A stretch of DNA of 61,575 nt, filler included, from Choristocarpus tenellus KU-1152 (GCA_964200185.2; 5 parts of 5 records of this genome joined end to end with filler, not necessarily neighbours in it); one strand, 5' to 3'; shown: positions 12,201-24,945, counted from the whole stretch's first letter. The notes: generated by a model from the letters alone, not told the origin. Program-made: numbers and translations.

Positions 12201-15200
12201 CACATAGTTGAAGAACAATCTCAGCACCAACTTCTGTCGCAATAAATTGAACCCTATTCCCCCCTACTTGGACGTGTCTGAGAGAGTGGGGACGTAATTT
12301 CCAAGTCAAATTGTTTCCAGCTCAATGATTGACATACCAAATCAATGTCCCTACATACATTCCAAAAAGGTGCATTTCTATCCTTGCTATAACAAACGTC
12401 AACACACACATGCATGTAGAGGCACATGCCATTGAAGACACCTGCAAAGCCTTCATGGCAGTCAGTGTGCGTGTCCCAATAGAAGGCGTTGGGGGAAGGC
12501 CCCTGGAGAGGACTCGAAACGCACTAAGGATGCCGTCACATCCTGCAAGAAAGAGGGCTCCAGTAGGCTGGTACAGAGCAGCAGCAGTGATCTGTTTTGG
12601 TAAATGCAGAGGAGGGTATGATATAGCTTTGAGCAGGTGTTGAAGTCGAGCTGGACAGGAATATGATGAAGGTGGAAGGAAAATGTTGTTATATCATTAT
12701 TGTCCTTGTGTATTAACGTGACATTGTGCCCTTGCAACTCTATTTCAAAAAATTGGACCATGCTCACCTTTAATTGTTGAAGGTGGTTTGGTAGTTTGTG
12801 CTACCTATATTCTGAATATGTAGTTGGGTAACAGTGCACACAAAAGCTATTACCAGGACTTGTGCATGCCTGTATGAGTGAGAGTATCTTAGAGGGTACT
12901 AGTTTTTCCCTGTTTGTACATTTGGGGCTTGATCCCCATAGTTTTTTATATTGCATTTTGCCTACTCCAAATGCTTCGGATTAGGTAAAATGTATACGTT
13001 ATGAAAAGGTGTGTCCAGAACAAGGATATTGACACTTGCTAACAAACACAATAGCAAAAACTACATCAAAATCACAACACTGGATTTTGTCCCCCAAATG
13101 GACACAGCTCTACCCTCTAAGATACTTCGACTTGTATTTCAGGATGTCTGTCAAAGCATCTTAGAGGGTAGAGCCACGTCCGTTTGGGGTCCAAAATCCA
13201 ATGTTGTGATTTTGATGTCATTTTGGCTATCATGTTTGTTAGGAAGTGTCAATATCCTTGTTTTGGACACGCCTTTTCATAGTTTTATACATTATACCTA
13301 TGCTGAAACGTTTCAGAGTGGGAAAAGTCTCAAAGTATCTGGGGGGGGGGTGGCGGCTGTCTATTTGGGGCAAATTGTTTCATGCTGCAATTTTTGGGGT
13401 GATTTGGTTGTATACGTCGGATGGATAATGTAAGTGCACATTTCCTGGACATGGCCTAAATGGACACCCTGGTGTAGCCCCGCCCCCTCCCCCAGATACG
13501 TTAGGTCAAAATATAATTAAAACCCTGTGGAAAGCCAAGCCCCAAGTGGGCAAACAGGACAAAACTCCTACCCTCTTAAATGCTTTGGTTCTGTCCTAAA
13601 ACAACCAGGAATAGAGGTAAGATAGGAACAAATGTCCATACGGCTCAAGTTCTGTAGTATTTCACACCTGTACTGTGCTTCAGATCGTCAAGAACAGTAA
13701 ACTTGCACAATCTGCTACCCGGAGTAGAAGATACAGAAGTAAATACTCACCCTCTCTCACCTCATAATCATATGGGCAAATATTACAGAGAAGTCGAAGC
13801 CGTGAGTCATAAATCTTTACTGAAGCCATCCCCTGCATACTCCTCCCCCCTCTGCTTCCAGCACTCCTTTCATATTCATCCATATTGCTCTCCTTCTTAC
13901 TCTTTCGTGAGCTGCACACCAGAATATACAAGTCTTGATCTTCCAGGCAGAAAGCTGCGATGGTAGGAGGGCTGAACACCCATCACCATGGAAGATTGAG
14001 TAGGTGATATGGAATGCCAGAGCAGGTACAGGAAATTTCAGGTGGGGAACTGCAATGCCAACACTTCTTACTTGGACAGGCCACCATGATCATTCTCTGT
14101 GAGCTGGAGTGTATACCCAATATGTTATATCGATGCACACTTCATGGAAACTGTGGTGCCAATCAATTAGTTTAGATAGAAATCGTGTATGCAGTTTTGG
14201 TTCTCCCCATACATTGGAATTATATCAGTTGCTGTCACACTTTGGTTTAATTTTTGTGTTAGATATCACTTTGTTGCAATCCTTCCAAATCATCATTTGC
14301 CTCTTGGACAGCCTTGATCCACCTTGTAACACAAAGTCGACCCCCTAATAGCTCTGTTCAGTTGATAACATATCTTGAACGCGTTTTATGTGACCTTCTC
14401 ACTGGGAAATCCACTCCATCGGCATGCCCCTTAATCTGTTGAATAGGCTGTGCCACAATGAGCTCAACACGTCTGATCAAGGAACAACTGGAACTTGTCG
14501 CTAGTCCATCTACTTAATAAGAAGACGTACCTCATACTCTTTTTCGCCGTGTGAGGCAAAGTAAAGGAGAGGTACCCAGATATTTCTGTTTTGCGTTTCC
14601 AGTCATCTTTTTCATATTTTGCAATTCCACCACATTGACTTGAGAATGATGATTTCTCTGTTGCTTGAATTTTTTTGATAGAATTCATAATACTCCCTAT
14701 TCGCATTAGTATAAAAAAGTCGAATCTTACTCAAAATTGTCAGCATCCTTAGATTGTAACGCTGGGTACCTCTCGATTACTTTGACTCTCTGCTGAGATA
14801 ATTATCTATTGTATGCTCTTTTGTCCATTAGGAGGATCGATCGATTGGAATCATTGATCATCTCTCTATTCGTGGGGGTGTCATTGCGTTCTATCCTTGA
14901 GGATTTTGGGGGTACCTTGCATATGAGTAAGTCTCATTTGGCAAATGGTCTCCTTCTGAACGACGTGTTCGTGTAGCAGGATATGCAGATCACTAAAACT
15001 CCCTCCAGTCGCATCACAGGCCAAGAATACCACCAAGATCAGGGTATACATCGTCCATGACGATGAAAAACTTGCACTCATTGTACCTGTTACGAGGCTT
15101 GGTGATAGCTTTGATCTCTCGCCGCAGGTTCCATACACGGACGGCGCTAGCATCAGCTGTGATAAACTCGTGCTTCGATCGGTTGAAAGCACAAGCTTCG

Positions 15201-15271
15201 ATTGGAGCCACACCATCCCTGAGTTGATGACGTAACTTAAGTGAAGGGTGGGCAAGTCCGACAGGAGACAT
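3211..15271 (-). CDS. Large multi-exon WD40-repeat protein (3' end not resolved; may continue toward ~600)
   Basis: Phase-consistent exons 15271-15087 (IEACAFNRSKHEFITADASAVRVWNL), 13971-13761 (SVKIYDSRL), 12591-12442 (ITAAALYQPTGALFLAGCDG), 11890-11787, then ~11650-11515, ~11180-10845, ~10352-10126 (PITALSYCAPLLATGLSNGNIFLWR), ~9969-9680 (LISGGGDGAAVHW), ~8682-7891, ~7511-7024 (LVVGYADGSLGVF, LVVTGDLDGRLRLWTV), ~6516-6042 (VSAGRRGTVKVWAV), 5011-3899 and ~3385-3211. Multiple WD-type blades; junctions below ~6000 are tentative. Confidence 0.75.
5799..5858 (+). mobile_element. MITE family A, left-end fragment
   Basis: CAGTCAAAGTATCTTAGAGGATAAAG..CCAAAATCCAATGTTG matches the family A left end. 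Confidence 0.7.
8802..9058 (-). mobile_element. MITE family A (variant A')
   Basis: TIRs GACCAAAAGTGCTGAAGAGGGTAGG / CCTACCCTCTTAAACGCTTTGAGTC; family A interior; flanked by TCA/TCA. Confidence 0.85.
12876..13133 (-). mobile_element. MITE family A, full length (258 bp)
   Basis: TIRs GAGTGAGAGTATCTTAGAGGGTA / TACCCTCTAAGATACTTCGACTT; TSD GTAT/GTAT. Confidence 0.9.
13149..13591 (+). mobile_element. MITE family A with a nested family B insertion
   Basis: Family A sequence is split at 13327-13507 and resumes collinearly; flanks TGTC/TGTC. Confidence 0.88.
13327..13507 (+). mobile_element. MITE family B, nested in family A
   Basis: GTCTCAAAGTATCTG(n)...C(n)AGATACGTTAGGTC; TSD AAAA/AAAA; interior matches the copies at 17542 and 27963. 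Confidence 0.88.
14553..14788. mobile_element. MITE family C (single copy here)
   Basis: Imperfect ~27-bp TIR GAGGCAAAGTAAAGGAGAGGTACCCAG / CTGGGTACCTCTCGATTACTTTGACTC; unrelated interior; no clean TSD. Confidence 0.65.
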
Positions 15272-16196
15272 GCCCGAAAACGCTTTGCGCGACTGGAATC
15301 GGGTCGAACAGGATCGACTCCAGTTTCTTGTGGAATTGTTGTTACAATTGCGTGAAGTGCTGATCCATTCACTTGGATTCGAGCTGAGATCAACCCATTC
15401 CAAGACAACTTCCAGATAAGGGTGATGGTTGTATCCATGAGTAGGTGATGAAACGCTAATGCTACGTATTGCATAGAAATAATATGTTTTCACACTATTT
15501 TGTGACTAGTACAACAGTATTCCATCCTGGTATTGTATTGAATGATACATACATAGTACGTCGTATAATACTACTGTCTATACGTCCACAGTAATAAGAG
15601 AAAGTATCATTTGGAGTAGTTCTGTACTACGTACTACTTCGCCCCAATCTCGCGATTGTTTGGATGGAAACCGAAACAATGCCTCATGGATGGGCATAGA
15701 ACTCTATAGGAAAGCTCACATGATAAGATACAAAGAGACATGATCTGAACTTACAAGTTCGTGGATCTCTGTCCCTAGGAGGACCAAATGATTGACACGC
15801 TATTGGACAAGAGAACATTTGAGTATCCTGCAGTGAGGTGCTCAATCAATTGGTCACCAAGTAGATGTCGTTACTGTTGTTGAAGCATTCCTTCTTGCCA
15901 TAAATTCCATAATTTTAGCATGCTCTAGTCAGTGTTGATGAAGAGAGTGGAACTGCTTGGTCTCTAGTAAATTTGTTTCCATGTTCAGTGTGCTCTCTAA
16001 CAAACAACGACCACAGTGTGAAATATTCAAAGAACTTCCTACTCTACTTACCAAAAAAGGAAAGGAGCATGCACATGTGCCCATCCCGCATCGTGAGTAC
16101 AGGACACTCAGCTCTGTAAAATAGTCCACGATGCTTTGTGGGCACGTGGCTCTTGGGAAAGAACAGGTTCATGTACACTGTACAATGAGTATCTAC

Positions 16197-19100
16197 CTCT
16201 GTTGTCCAAAGAGCCAGTCGCCACTTCTCTTTCTTCTGCTTATTTTGTAACAACTTGTTCTGAATTTTTTTCTCCTCCTGCACATGCTGTGCAAGAAAAC
16301 AACAAAAGCTTTTTAGTCTCTTTCCGAGCAAAGAGGAATGTGGTTGTTTTCCTTAGTGTGTATTTCTCAGTACTAAATTCACTTCCTCCTTGACCAATGG
16401 TTAATACCGGTTTTGCTCCAGTGTATGGTACCACTAGAGTGTCAGCCGTCGATCTCCAAGTATCTCTATTTTTCCGTGGTGATGGTTGCTCATTCTCACA
16501 ACATGCTCACTACGTACCTCCAACTCTCAGGAAAGAGACACCTCTCCACTCCTCCTACTGAAAATGCTGGTTTAGTCCCTTAGCCTCCAATCTACAGTAG
16601 GTGCTGCTGCACCCCTTTCACTTCCCCTTTCTCCTGCTATTCAACCTGTCCGTACTCGAGCTATATCTGATTGTTCTGCGTCTGATCACTTCCTTACCAC
16701 GATTCTGACCTTTGTGCCACATCGAGTAGTAACCCCAGTCAGAATCTCGATCCTCCACCCTACGATCCTCGGTGTCTCATTCACATGTTAGAGTGCATTG
16801 ATAGTAATGGAGGTAGCAGTATGGGAGCTATCACGGATCAATTTTCATTTACCTGTTCCATTTTCCTGCTAATCCTAACACTCTTTTTCTGGCACATCCC
16901 CCTGTTTCCTTCTCCTCTTATAATTAAACTGCCCTGCAGACAACCAAATATCGAGTCCAGATAACGGGGCAGTCCCATGAGAATGCTGACCATAGACCAA
17001 ATTTCCCATTATATGTCGTACATTGGTTAAGGAGACAACGTTTGCATTGTCCCCTTGAATACAAAGTACTTTTTTTGCGTCCCTTGTCAACCTCATACCC
17101 CGGTCTTCACAGTATTCCTTCTCACCATCACCCTGCAGTGCTTCAATTTTTACCCTCTGTTTGAGAGCTTGCTGGCTTTGAGATTTGTTGGGCTGTTGAC
17201 AGCCCCTTCTTGACAACTCCAACCATCAGTTGTGTAGCGTTTGGTGCGGATGAGCTGGGATAAAGATGATGGGAAACCCTCAGTTCGACCCTGAGGTGTG
17301 ATGTGTAGTATGGAACAGGAGAAATGATGTTTTACCACAAAAGGAATATTGGACTGGGGTAAACACTGTTGGGGATCAAGAGTCGATTTTAAGCACACAT
17401 GATCTTCTGAAAAATGTAAGAGTACAAGATTCAACACATAGGTAAATATTTATACAAACTGATAAATGTATGATGGATATTTCTCATAAACCTGACCTAC
17501 TTGCACAACAAAAGGGATAAGCTGTCAGAACTATAGCACTTGGCTCAAAGTATCTGGGGGAAGGGTCTACACCAAGGGTGTCCATTCGGGCCCTGACCAG
17601 GAAAGGTGCACATATATTATCCATCCGATGCATGCAACCAAATCATCCAAAAAATTGTGACATGGAAAAATGGGCCCCGAATGGACAGCCGCCACCCCCA
17701 GATACTTTGAGCCACTTACACCAACGAAGAATATTTCTACACTTCTACTGGAGCACTACCGGATATTGGAAAAACTTAGTAGATTTGTGCATATATAATA
17801 TACAAATTACATAGTGTTGCATCAGAGCCATATTGGGGGGCATGGTGCAATTCTCTATATCCAAATAATAATCAAATCACATCACTTTATGCTCTTAGGA
17901 GCATTGTGAATTGCGAGTGATGCAATGAACACCCTGTCTTCCTTTCGAGGTGGTCAGACTGTTCCTACATCTTTTCTTCTCCTGAACTTGTCAATCCTCC
18001 TAATATTTGAATCTTACTTTCCCCCCAAAACGGCATCCTTTAGGTATTTCTTTGTTTACCTTCCCTCCTGTGCCTCCCCCCCATAAGTCTCCAGGGGATT
18101 GTCCTGTACAACCTTCCCTCCCTTACTTGTCTTGGTGATGGTGAATGATCTTGCAAGCAATTTTTCTCTATATTCTACCTCATGTCGCTGCTGACACCAC
18201 AGAATGCGTTTCTCTCTTTGCCTTCTTCTGGCACAAATTATGGACTAGAAAATATTCCAGCATGCAGATACAAAAAAGGGTATCAGCTGTTTTGACCAGA
18301 ATGAGGCATAGAATGTGGATGAAAACATCTAATGTTAGTACGTATTTCGAGAGGGTTGTGGTACTAGGTTGATTGAGTCTACTCTCAGTAGTTTCGCGTC
18401 CTGACAGTGTATTTGATTGTATGCTCTACAGAGGGTCTGGTCTCGGATTGACGATGATAAATGACCCTGAAGGTTTCACGGTACTATGCCCTGTAGCGCA
18501 AAGAGTTGTAATGGGGCGTAGGACGTTTTCAAACACAAATATGCATGTTTTCGCGACATTTGAATTCGTTTATAGAAGGTTGGCAAAATAGTACACTCTT
18601 GAAGGTGTGCCCCTCTGTGGTTAACATGCTACACCCCACACCCTGGTGTACGTCTCCTCCTCTGCCTTCAAATATCACTGCAGTAAATTGTGCAACATCC
18701 ACTATGCTGTCCATATTCACCTGGCGTTCTTCAACTTCCACGAGGTCCATGGCCATCCTGTCCCATTCATCACCTAGAAAATCACTATCATACCCGTCCC
18801 CCCATACCCGACCCCCCATACCACCCCCTGGAGTCAATCCTCTCCTCCCAAGGGGTGTATCCACATAGCGCCCGGGCAATACAGCTGGAACAGGTCCAGG
18901 AGATACTAGAGTACTGTCCTGCAGGTAGACAAGGTCAATTTTGCTACATTTTTATTTGAGATGTTGCAGGTGGTGTGTGGTGATCTCTGTTACTTTGTAA
19001 TTCCTGATGCAGAAACTCAATTTCGTTGACTGCTTGCTAGGAAGGTGGTGACAGTGTGGTCGATTTGATAGTTAAGGCAGTAGGATGTGGTGCTCAATGT

Positions 19101-20330
19101 TATTTGGGGTATAGGAGGGCTAAGGGATTAAGGGGATTGATTCCCTGAAGCCAGTGGTACTTCAGGATTGCCAACACATGGGGAGGAGTTTCTATTATTA
19201 TATATTGATATATCACGTTCTTCGTTCTATCTGTACTACTGTACGCCTAGGACATCTTTCTAGAGAAGAGAAACCCTTAAGAGAATGCACATTTCTTCCT
19301 ACAAACCACAACAACAGCAACAGTACTTGTTTCTCCTTTTCAGTGACCATAGAGGTTCTCATCACACTGTTGGTGAACACTCACCAATGATATGGGGCTG
19401 CCACTTTTCCAGCCAATACTACAACTGTTTTCGCCAGTGAAGAAAGGTTCCTTTTTGTCTCTGATTGGACTGGAGTTAGCGCAAGTCAACCCATCAAGGG
19501 CCATCGACTCTAATCTACAGGGGTTGGACTCTACTCGGAGAAGATCTTTGGCCGATCGAACAGTTTCGATCAAGACTTAGGAGTATTGTCGTAAGCGCCT
19601 CCCCGAAGGTGTATCCTGTTTGAACAGAATAAACTCAAAATATCTTGTTCCGTAACAAACGAGTCAGCAAGGTGAGGATGAGGAGGGTGGATGCGATATC
19701 TACTATGGCGATGGTCTAGACGCTTCATCAGATGAAAGGAAAACGATAAAACGACTATTAGCGAACCGAGGTCGTTTTCGGTGTCAATGCCATGTGATGA
19801 GGTTACCGAGGCAAGGAGTACATTTGTTTGCCTCAGTAATTGCATTCATAGGACTGTTTTGTGTTGGGGACCACCTCCCTTGAGGTCAAAAATGCTATTT
19901 TCTACAGAAGATGCAAGTTCAAACATCAATAAAGGTGAGCAATTAATGTATACTCCCACATTCTCGTTACACATGAGGCCTATGGTGAACCGATTTTCTG
20001 TATTTTGGTGAGTTTTCTGTACACATGGCGAGGAATGAATTGTGTTCCAATATCCTCTTCTCCTCTCTTCGGCGATGTGATGAGCGACTGGAAAGGTGGG
20101 CGAACCTTTACAAAGCAGAAAGGTAGTCCATAACTCGTCAAGCCTCACAACTTAATATATATATTTCCTCCAATTTGATGAAGGAGGGTGCATGGTTGGG
20201 ACAATTGCAAGGATCCCCTTCCAATTGAGACAAGGTGTGTACTACTCCCCTTTCCTCTAATAACACTTACCGATCGTTCTAATAGGCCTGTAATCGTAAG
20301 ACGACAGGGTTGCTTGAACATATCATCTCG
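16197..20330 (-). CDS. Putative multi-exon gene of unknown function
   Basis: Clean 90-nt phase 0/0 exon 16286-16197 (HVQEEKKIQNKLLQNKQKKEKWRLALWTTE). Exon-like segments at ~17291-17154, ~18772-18642 (DEWDRMAMDLVEVEERQ), ~19575-19385 and ~20327-20270, several ending at GTGAGT/GTAAGT donors. Full model not assembled. Confidence 0.35.
17542..17713 (-). mobile_element. MITE family B, full length (172 bp)
   Basis: Perfect TIR GGCTCAAAGTATCTGGGGG / CCCCCAGATACTTTGAGCC; TSD ACTT/ACTT. Confidence 0.92.
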
Positions 20331-20896
20331 TGCAGAACACTGAGTGGCAAAGGCAGAGAGAGCGAAGAACAAACCAAGTGATCACAACAATGCAGCGAAA
20401 AGTAAAAAAACCCCCATCAATATCTGTACTAATACTACCTAATGAATCGTTTCCCACTATCCGATATTTTGCTTTTTCAAATATACAGTTCCAAACTCAA
20501 ACTCAGATGAAGTTCAGTGATTAAGGCAGCGGGTTCGAACCCTTCAATGCCAATCCTTGAGAAAAATAGTAGAATGTGGTTTCAGTAATGCTATTCCACG
20601 TGGTGAAGCACCACGTATTGTACACCTCCACGATCCTGTCTCTGTGCTATCCCCCCCTATACAAAACTGAACCAAGATCAATGTGGAAAACGTTAAGGCG
20701 GGCCCATGTTTCATTTTTCTTTGGGAGGAAATTGAACGACATGTGGTGGGAGTGCTGAAATCCAAAATGTGAGAACGAAGGCAGGAACTCGGGTAGTACA
20801 ACTAGTTGTAGTGCAACAGTTACAATCACCAGAAGTATAGTAGTGTAGGTTATAATGTCTCTGACCACGGATCGGAGTCATGTTAAATAGTGCTTG

Positions 20897-20927
<31 letters not shown>

Positions 20928-23629
20928 ATAAATAAATTTCTATGGCAAAACAGTGAGAGGTGGGTGGTACATTATTTTCCATTTATTATTATTACATGGT
21001 GACCAAAAATTGCTTCTGTTGACTAAAAAAAATGCTTCTGCTACATTGCGCCATCTGCCATTACAGAGTTTCCTCAATTTTTTTAATCATTCTTTTGGGT
21101 CTTTCATAGTACAACTCTCTCCTACAGTTTAGTAACAATATTTTTTTGTGTTGGAACGCCATGACACCACTTCGAATGAGTGCTTCAAAAAGTTGAATGG
21201 TGAAAGTAAGAACATTGTGGGAAGGTTTTGGGTGTGGAAGAGGTCCCTAGCTTCAACGAAAAAGTCATACAAGACCCAGACGATATGGTAATAGGGTTAG
21301 GGTTAGGATTCTTCTTGTATGTAACGTATGGGGGTCCGGTAATAAACACATCGCTTGGGTCCTGTATCAATATCTCCTACCCTTAACCTTTGAGCCTCTT
21401 TGATTTTAGGCTGTTATAGTACAACCTGCAAAGTGTATTTCTCCCCAGAAAACATTTGAATATAAAATTGGATTAGAAGCACTTGGGATTTCATTCTTTT
21501 TAGTTTAGGAGGCGAGAACACCACTGGTGATGGATGCTTACGGAGAATTGTTCACCCTGCACTAACTACCCGCTCCAAATCCCAAATAGCATGTTTGAAA
21601 TGAGGGTATCTTCGGCCTTGTCGATATGAGAATTGTTGACGAGTGAAGATTGTTACACTGCTGGGGGGCGAATGCTTAGCATCATCATACTGCTCCACAA
21701 ACTGTGGTTCCACATTGGCGGCAATGGAATTTTTCGGATTACTATTGTATAGTGTAGTGGTATTCAATACTATGCCCTCTAAGATTTTGTAGGTGTGAGA
21801 GGAGGGGGGGGGGGGGGAGAAAATAAAGAAATGCGGGGGGGGCAGATACTAAAGCAATGCAAGACTGCGGATGCAATGTTTACTTGTCGTGGTTAAAATT
21901 CCTCCCAAAAATATGTCCATTTTAAAAACTACCAGTACAACTTGTCTCTGTGGAGTTTCTGGGAGTGTTCTCTACTAAAAAATGTTCACGCTGCTTGTGC
22001 TTCCAACTTAGCCATATGAAGGTGTGTGAAGAGCTAGGGAAGCATCCCTCGAATTTGCTATGCCTCTTCTTGCCCACCTGCCTGGTGTCTCTAGTGTGCA
22101 GTGATGAAGAGTATCTGGCTCAAACGAGACTTGACAATTTCTCCCGACAAGAACCGACAGCCCCTCTCATCCCTCTAGCAAGGTTGGCCAGTTCATCTTG
22201 GAAACTCTCTACTTGCTTACCAAGGTGGCCAGAACTGTCCACCTTGAAGGTGCAAAGATTAATGCGATTAGGGGAAAAAAATTCCTTGTAATGGGTGCGC
22301 TTTCACGCCCTGGTATTTGTTGAAGTAGCAAGATCATTCCTGGTGGATGGGTGGGTTACATGACAGGCTGCCTGGACCTCTCTCCAAAAGCAATGTCCAG
22401 AAGCAGGTCTATGTCATGGTAGGGAGCTGTAACAGCCTCTGATACGTGCCCCAGCATGGAACACCACATCCATGTAGAAGTTCCTGTCCACTAACAGACT
22501 GTCATCCTCCGTAGTGCAAGAGATCCTGGACTATATAGAGTTGGTCACCCGCCAGTAAAATATCCTTCTGTTGATCAAGAGGTCCTGTTGCTAATATCAT
22601 TTTAAACCTTGATAATGATACGCTTCAAATGATCAAACTGTTTTTCTGTGTGAGCGTAGATAGTTCAACGTGTCGACCCATAAATTCTTCTCGAGTAGAG
22701 GATGCATTGAGAGATTTCTAAACGCCTCCTCCAAGTATAAGAAAAAAATCGTCATACATACTTGCAGATTAATTTTTCTGTAGTATTGGGTTTTGGACCT
22801 GTAGAACATAGAGAACATGACATCTGGGAAACAAACCTCTTTGTCAAAATTCTCCGTCTTAAAACGATTATTTGTCACATATTTACCTTACAAGTCAAAT
22901 CCATTTCACAGTAGCAGTACTTTTAATTTCGTTTGTACACCTGAGTACTATTGTGGACCACTGTATAATATATATCTAGCAAGTAATGTATGTCTTGAAT
23001 TCTATTTCCACATCTATTTTACATATTCTTTACACCATACTTTCTTTTCTCCAATCTCTGACATAGTTCTTATGTTTTTTGCCTTCTCCCCTTCATATTT
23101 CGTGATTTCCATAAGATAATGCTGGCTGTGTTACAACCAGAAAGACATGCCACAGTCTGGAAAGATGCAGTCACTGTGTTTTATAAGGATGACTGCACTT
23201 AAGCAACTAGAGAGCTATCCCTACGAAATCCTGATGCAAGGGATTAATCTCTGGAGAACAAACAATAATCAATTGTACTATGGTCCAAAGTGAGTACCCA
23301 GGTAAGTATCAGATAATAGAAAAAAGAGAACCAGATACGAAAGATCACCCACCCTGTCCCAACCATGAGCTACAGAAGAGGTTAATGACACCTCAGAGTG
23401 CTAGAACTCAAGAGTCACTTAAAGAAGTTGGGTGCTCTTCACTTCGGGAAACCTCCGGTAATGTGTTGAGCAGATATATGAAGGAGATGCTCTCCTCGTT
23501 ACTGCGTCCCCTTTTGCCACCTTGCTGTTCTTCATACTTTCCTCAACTTGACTCCAAACTATTTTCAAAACAAATAGTCCAATAACCTCTGCTCTTTGTC
23601 GGCGCACATAAATATATCTTGCTCCTACC

Positions 23630-23790
23630 AGGTCTGCATCAAATAGCAGGAAATGACTGCTATTGACTCAAGACTCTTCTTGGGTCCGTGAAGGCTTGCG
23701 CACATTGCAAAAACAATCTTTAGGTCAGTCTTTAGGTCTGGACCGAGTAGTAGGAAATGACTGTTCCTTTACTCAAGACTCTTCTTGTCT
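23630..23790. repeat. Imperfect direct repeat, ~104-bp period
   Basis: AGGTCTG..AGGAAATGACTG..ACTCAAGACTCTTCTT occurs at ~23630 and ~23734. Confidence 0.8.
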
Positions 23791-24302
23791 TGGACCTGTG
23801 AGAATGATGTGTAGATTGCGAAAATTGATCCACTCCACCGCTAGACCCTCCTTCAAGCAAACCGCTATGAACAAGTACTCTACTTCAATGGAGTAACGGG
23901 ATCGGGAGGCGACACTACTCCAGTGAAATACTTGACATAGAAGTGTGGAAATCGTGGAGAGCTTGCCTAACAAGTGAGCATGCACACACAATCGCACAGC
24001 ACAAGAAAACAGAACAAGATCTCGCACCGTTCTTGTGTGCTGTTAAGTCTGACCACTCCCCTCCTCATCCCCAACTATTTTCTATCCCTTCCCTCCTCTC
24101 TTATCCCCTGTGGGGGTATGCCGTGCAAGTCGAACGCTATCCCTCAACCTCTGACCTTCATCTCTTACAAACCCCCTCATATCCTCCAAATCAAACAGCC
24201 CACTGTAATCCTCCCCCTCCACCCCCCCCTCCAATTCCTTCCTACCTTCCCCTTCTCCTCCCTTCTCCCCCCCAATCCAAATCCCCCCCCCTCTCCCTGC
24301 CC

Positions 24303-24402
24303 NNNNNNNNNNNNNNNNNNNNNNNNNNNNNNNNNNNNNNNNNNNNTTAATTAATTAANNNNNNNNNNNNNNNNNNNNNNNNNNNNNNNNNNNNNNNNNN
24401 NN
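24303..24402. other. Assembly gap with synthetic TTAATTAATTAA spacer (also 44253-44352, 48370-48469, 56157-56256)
   Basis: Identical 100-nt N44-TTAATTAATTAA-N44 blocks; the spacer puts stops in all six frames. Confidence 0.97.
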
Positions 24403-24794
24403 CCCTCCAGATACTTTGGGTCTGTTGTGTCATGCGATCAAATAATGTGTCACAGAGCATTACCCATCTAGACCATACATAGACCATTTGCAGCTAGCAA
24501 CAAATTTCTACTGATAAAAAATTGAAGCATTCTCAATCCCAATCTCAAATACCGTTTGTTTTTTGCTAGACTAAGCCCATCAATCTCCCATTACTCTGTT
24601 GATTGCTCTTCTCGAAAACCCTTGATTATTATATACTTCAAGCAGAGTAAGTGTATGCTCGCTTGAAGCTTCTCCTGTGCCTCTCTCATGGCCGTTGGTC
24701 ACCAAAATGGTGTAGGAACTCTGCTCTTGCATTGCATCCTATTACCTGGTTTTCTCAAGCAAATTGTTCATGGCGTGTATGCGGGTTTGTTCAG

Positions 24795-24945
24795 GAAGAT
24801 CTTTGCGCAGGTATACAAGGAAATTTGTCAGGTTCTGGAAGAAAACTTACTAAGCCGGTTCATGCTCACTGCGGAGTTCAAGCGAATCAGGAGAGAGGAG
24901 GAGATTACGCTCGAAATGATGGAGGAAATACCGTCGGAGGCATAA
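24795..24945 (+). CDS. Putative terminal exon resembling the C-terminal helices of an RGS domain
   Basis: After TTTGTTCAG: KIFAQVYKEICQVLEENLLSRFMLTAEFKRI..*, similar to the RGS pattern F..AQ.EI..LME.D.Y.RFL.S..Y. Upstream exons not resolved; a gap lies at 24303-24402. Confidence 0.4.

Noticed and set aside
13011-13433. Recurrent small ORFs (LGSVNILV.DTPFH) at 47, 8785, 13011 and 48526
   Set aside because: They are translations of non-coding MITE family A copies, with variable frames and stops.
20528-20543. B-box-like GGGTTCGAACCC (similar at ~28674)
   Set aside because: No A-box or tRNA fold at the proper distance.
23943-24302. Proline-rich ORFs
   Set aside because: C-rich low-complexity sequence abutting a gap.
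24347-24358. TTAATTAATTAA palindrome repeated four times in the window
   Set aside because: Always centred in identical N blocks: a scaffolding spacer, not biological.
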